This document shows positions 61,365-64,000 of a stretch of DNA of 64,000 bases, piece after piece. This DNA is from an uncultured Candidatus Solibacter sp. (GTDB lineage Bacteria > Acidobacteriota > Terriglobia > Bryobacterales > Bryobacteraceae). The stretch is from contig CAYLPH010000021.1 in assembly GCA_964385495.1 (NCBI GenBank), positions 38,738 to 102,737 on the forward strand. Reading direction: 5' to 3'. The notes beneath the pieces were generated by a model. The model made no database searches, had not been told where the DNA came from, and worked only from the letters and a program-made list of their open reading frames with translations. Made by a program: the position numbers and the translations under genes. Each line of letters begins with the position of its first letter. Within the stretch, counting starts at the first letter, position 1.

Positions 61365-63389
61365 GTGCAACTGGCGATTGGCTTCGCATTGGTCTTCACT
61401 CTGGCCGCGCAGACCGCGGATCCTTTCCTCGAGTGGATGAACCGCCAGGCCCAACAGCAACTAGACAAGCGCGATCAGGTCATCGCCGCTATTCGAACCA
61501 AAGCCGATGCCATCCAGCGCCAGGCTGCCGTCCGCGCGAAGTTGCTGGCGCTGCTTGGCGGCCTTCCAGACTACACCGGGCCGCTCCGCGCGCGCCAAAC
61601 CGGCGTGCTCCGCACCGAAACCCACACCATCGAGAAGGTGATTTTCGAGAGCCTCCCGGGCATCTACGTTACGGCCAACCTCTATCGCCCCAACGCCCCC
61701 GGCCGCTACCCCGGCGTGCTCGTCCCCGCCGGCCATACTCAGGAAGGCAAGCCTGAAGTGCAGATTGTCGCCGCCAATCTGGCTGCCAAAGGCTTCGTCG
61801 CTTTAGCCTACGATCCCATTGGCCAGGGCGAGCGCGAGCAGCACTACCTGCCTCAATTGGGCCGTACTCTATCCGGGGGAGGCGGCAATGAGCATCTCGA
61901 ACTCGGCGCCCGCAGCATCCTCATCGGCCAAAGCGTGGCACGCTACTTCATTCACGACGCCCGCCGCGCCGTGGATTACCTCGTTAGCCGCCCGGATGTA
62001 GATCCGGATCGCCTTGGCGTCACCGGGTGCTCCGGCGGGGGAGCCATCACTACCTACGCCGGCGTATTTGACCCTCGTTTGAAAGCCGCCGCGCCGGGCT
62101 GCTTCATCAACTCCTTCCGCACCCTGTTCACCGCATCCACTGCCGATTCGGAAATGAGTTTCCCGCAGTTCCTTACCAACGGCCTTGATATCGCCGATTT
62201 CTTCGAAGCAGCGGCCCCGCTGCCCTGGCTGATGATGGCCACCACCGAGGATTACTTCCGCCCGGAGGGCGCCCGGTCCGTCTACGAAGAAGCGCGCCGC
62301 TTCTACCAGGTGTACGGCGCCGCGGACCGCATCGGCTTCTTCGTCGGCACCGGCCCCCACGGCACGCCGAAGGACTCCCGCGAACAAATCTATGCGTTCC
62401 TGATTCGCTGGCTCAAGGATGGGAAGGGAGATGCCACCGATGTTCCCGTGAAGCTGTTCAGCAATCTGGAACTGATGGTGACGCCCTCCGGCACGGTCGA
62501 TACCGAGCCCGGCAGCCGCAAGTTCTATCAAGTGATTGCCGATGAATTCCGCGCCCGCCGCGAACCCCTCGGCATTGACACACTGCTGTCGAAACTGCGC
62601 GCTTTCGGCGTTCCTTCCTCCGGCTCACCCCCGCCCGTCACCGTCGCTTCCCGCACCCAGGCCGACGGCTACCAACTCGAAGTACTCCACTACGAGACCG
62701 AGCCGGGCGTCCCCGTAACCGCCCGCGTTTATCTGCCCTCCGCCACCGACCGCAAGCCCGCCGTAGTCATGTTCGAAGAGAAGCGCATTCCCGTTCCCCT
62801 CTACGTGCAGCGAAGCCAGTCCACCCAGGCCATGGCGGAAGCCATGGTGCGCGCCGGGCATGTCGTGCTCGAACTCGATCCGCGCGATTCCCCCGACGCT
62901 TATGAAGGACGCCCCTTCCTGGGCAACTGGGTCACCAACGAGCGAGCCGATCTCATCGGACGCAATCTACCCGCCATGCGCGCGCACGATCTCCTCGTCG
63001 CCGTGGACTTGCTACAGGCACGTCCCGATGTCGATCCTCGCAACATCCACGGCTACGCCAGAGGCGTGAAGGGCATCTGGTTGCTGCTCGCCGCCGCCGT
63101 CGATCCGCGTCTGAAAAGCTTGTGGCTTGACCGCACACCGCACAGTTTCCAGACCGCGCTGGAAGCGCCCCTAACGCACTTCCTGTTCGAAGCCCTCATC
63201 CCCGGCTTTGCCCGCCATTGGGATATCGCTGACCTCGTAAAGGCCGCCGGCCCGCGCCCCATCCTCTGGACGGATCCGGCGAACTGGATGAACCGCATTG
63301 TGCCACTCGAAGGCCCGTACCACTATCGAATCGTCGGTGAAAGCGACGAGCCCTTCCTCAAGCAGTTCCTCAAGCAGTTCCTCAAGTAG
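61365..63389 (+). CDS. alpha/beta hydrolase (acetyl-xylan-esterase / prolyl-oligopeptidase-like) with an extra C-terminal domain
   Basis: 674-aa ORF. ...PGVLVPAGHTQEGK...FVALAYDPIGQGER... and the nucleophile elbow GVTGCSGGG are present. It ends in the FLKQFLKQFLK repeat. Confidence 0.75.
   Translation: MQLAIGFALVFTLAAQTADPFLEWMNRQAQQQLDKRDQVIAAIRTKADAIQRQAAVRAKLLALLGGLPDYTGPLRARQTGVLRTETHTIEKVIFESLPGIYVTANLYRPNAPGRYPGVLVPAGHTQEGKPEVQIVAANLAAKGFVALAYDPIGQGEREQHYLPQLGRTLSGGGGNEHLELGARSILIGQSVARYFIHDARRAVDYLVSRPDVDPDRLGVTGCSGGGAITTYAGVFDPRLKAAAPGCFINSFRTLFTASTADSEMSFPQFLTNGLDIADFFEAAAPLPWLMMATTEDYFRPEGARSVYEEARRFYQVYGAADRIGFFVGTGPHGTPKDSREQIYAFLIRWLKDGKGDATDVPVKLFSNLELMVTPSGTVDTEPGSRKFYQVIADEFRARREPLGIDTLLSKLRAFGVPSSGSPPPVTVASRTQADGYQLEVLHYETEPGVPVTARVYLPSATDRKPAVVMFEEKRIPVPLYVQRSQSTQAMAEAMVRAGHVVLELDPRDSPDAYEGRPFLGNWVTNERADLIGRNLPAMRAHDLLVAVDLLQARPDVDPRNIHGYARGVKGIWLLLAAAVDPRLKSLWLDRTPHSFQTALEAPLTHFLFEALIPGFARHWDIADLVKAAGPRPILWTDPANWMNRIVPLEGPYHYRIVGESDEPFLKQFLKQFLK
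63354..63386 (+). repeat. 12-nt tandem repeat TTCCTCAAGCAG x2.75 at the extreme 3' end of the hydrolase gene
   Basis: Read directly. It encodes FLKQ-FLKQ-FLK immediately before the TAG stop. Confidence 0.85.
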
Positions 63390-63996
63390 CGCGCCTGCGT
63401 CCCAGCCAGCGCATGGCCAGCCCCGGCACCACTACCGCCCCGCCAAACGCCAGCAGGAAGCTTTGCGTATGCAGGGCGTAGGCGCCGATCATCGCGTACA
63501 CGGCCGAGATGCCCAGGTTTGCCAACGCGCAGATCGCGCAGAACCGTGCGAACGGACGCGCCAGCATGCCTGCGACAATCACACTCGCCTCCGCCAGCAT
63601 GGGCACCGCCCGCGACGTCGCCAGCACCCAGTCACTGGCCTTCGCGAAGCGCTCCTGCTCCTCCTGCGATACCAGCCGCCGTACCCACGTGCTCGCGAAT
63701 CGCCCCAGCCCGTACCCGATCACGCACGCCACCGTCATCCCCAGCCAACTCGCGGCAAGGCCCCGCCAGAACCCCAATAAGTAACCGCTGCTCGTGCTGA
63801 TGAGACTGGATGGGATCGGCAACACGACGTCCGCCCCGAGTAGCGCCACCACCGCCGCCGCAATCCACTCACGCGGCCGCTCTTCGTCTAACAGGCTCTT
63901 CGTCAGTGCCTCAAACCGGCCCTCCCACAGCGCGAACGGAATCAGGATCAGCACAAACAGGCCAATCGTGATCCAGAAGAGCCGCGAGAGCCGCAC
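63382..63996 (-). CDS. DedA / VTT-domain (TVP38/TMEM64-like) membrane protein
   Basis: 204-aa ORF with a GTG start. ...AAVVALLGADVVLPIPSSLISTSSGYLLGFWRGLAASWLGMTVACVIGYGLGR.... Its 3' end overlaps the hydrolase gene by 8 nt. Confidence 0.75.
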   Translation of the reverse strand: MRLSRLFWITIGLFVLILIPFALWEGRFEALTKSLLDEERPREWIAAAVVALLGADVVLPIPSSLISTSSGYLLGFWRGLAASWLGMTVACVIGYGLGRFASTWVRRLVSQEEQERFAKASDWVLATSRAVPMLAEASVIVAGMLARPFARFCAICALANLGISAVYAMIGAYALHTQSFLLAFGGAVVVPGLAMRWLGRRRAT

Positions 63997-64000
63997 GTTA

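Overview
The window is a high-GC, densely packed bacterial chromosomal segment. By inference it looks Acidobacteria-like, probably Bryobacteraceae or 'Candidatus Solibacter'. The clues are a Solibacter-type C-terminal domain, a PEP-CTERM-like sorting signal, TAT-signal Gfo/Idh/MocA oxidoreductases, a PSCyt-like cytochrome-propeller fusion, and many secreted glycan-active enzymes.

I can support about 60 protein genes and one tRNA-Ala(CGC). I found no rRNA, CRISPR array, IS element or transposase.

- **Housekeeping genes recognised with confidence:** pheA (partial), ubiX, fabH, lexA, thrB, ada, hisS, aspS, ackA, ribBA, coaD, an aspartate aminotransferase and a type I mannose-6-phosphate isomerase.
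- **Accessory content:** a cluster of signal-peptide-bearing formamidase, three PIG-L paralogs and SMP-30; a DUF3500 plus PL6 lyase pair; an ExeM/NucH nuclease; a sulfatase; a GMC oxidoreductase pair; and several DUF433, DUF5615 and VapBC-type toxin-antitoxin loci in different states of decay.

Four observations deserve follow-up most:
1. A 999-aa ORF fuses a P1B-type metal ATPase in frame to an HflK-like SPFH domain. It heads a tightly coupled operon with HflC, a second HflK, a PDZ-PP2C membrane phosphatase and a pentaheme lipoprotein cytochrome (38881-47253).
2. An iodothyronine-deiodinase-like gene is interrupted by an in-frame UGA exactly at the catalytic position (GSYT-U-PPF). A SECIS-like hairpin follows, so this is probably a missed selenoprotein (50170-50877).
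3. An ~800-nt ORF-free stretch is strongly G/A-rich. It has a near-consensus promoter, a 15-bp helix joining its two ends and a U-tract, which makes it a candidate ~560-nt structured or protein-binding RNA. It lies upstream of a 59-aa mini PEP-CTERM ORF (14185-15170).
4. Two of the three secreted PIG-L paralogs have lost the canonical AHPDD metal motif.

All family assignments come from reading the translations by eye. No searches were run.
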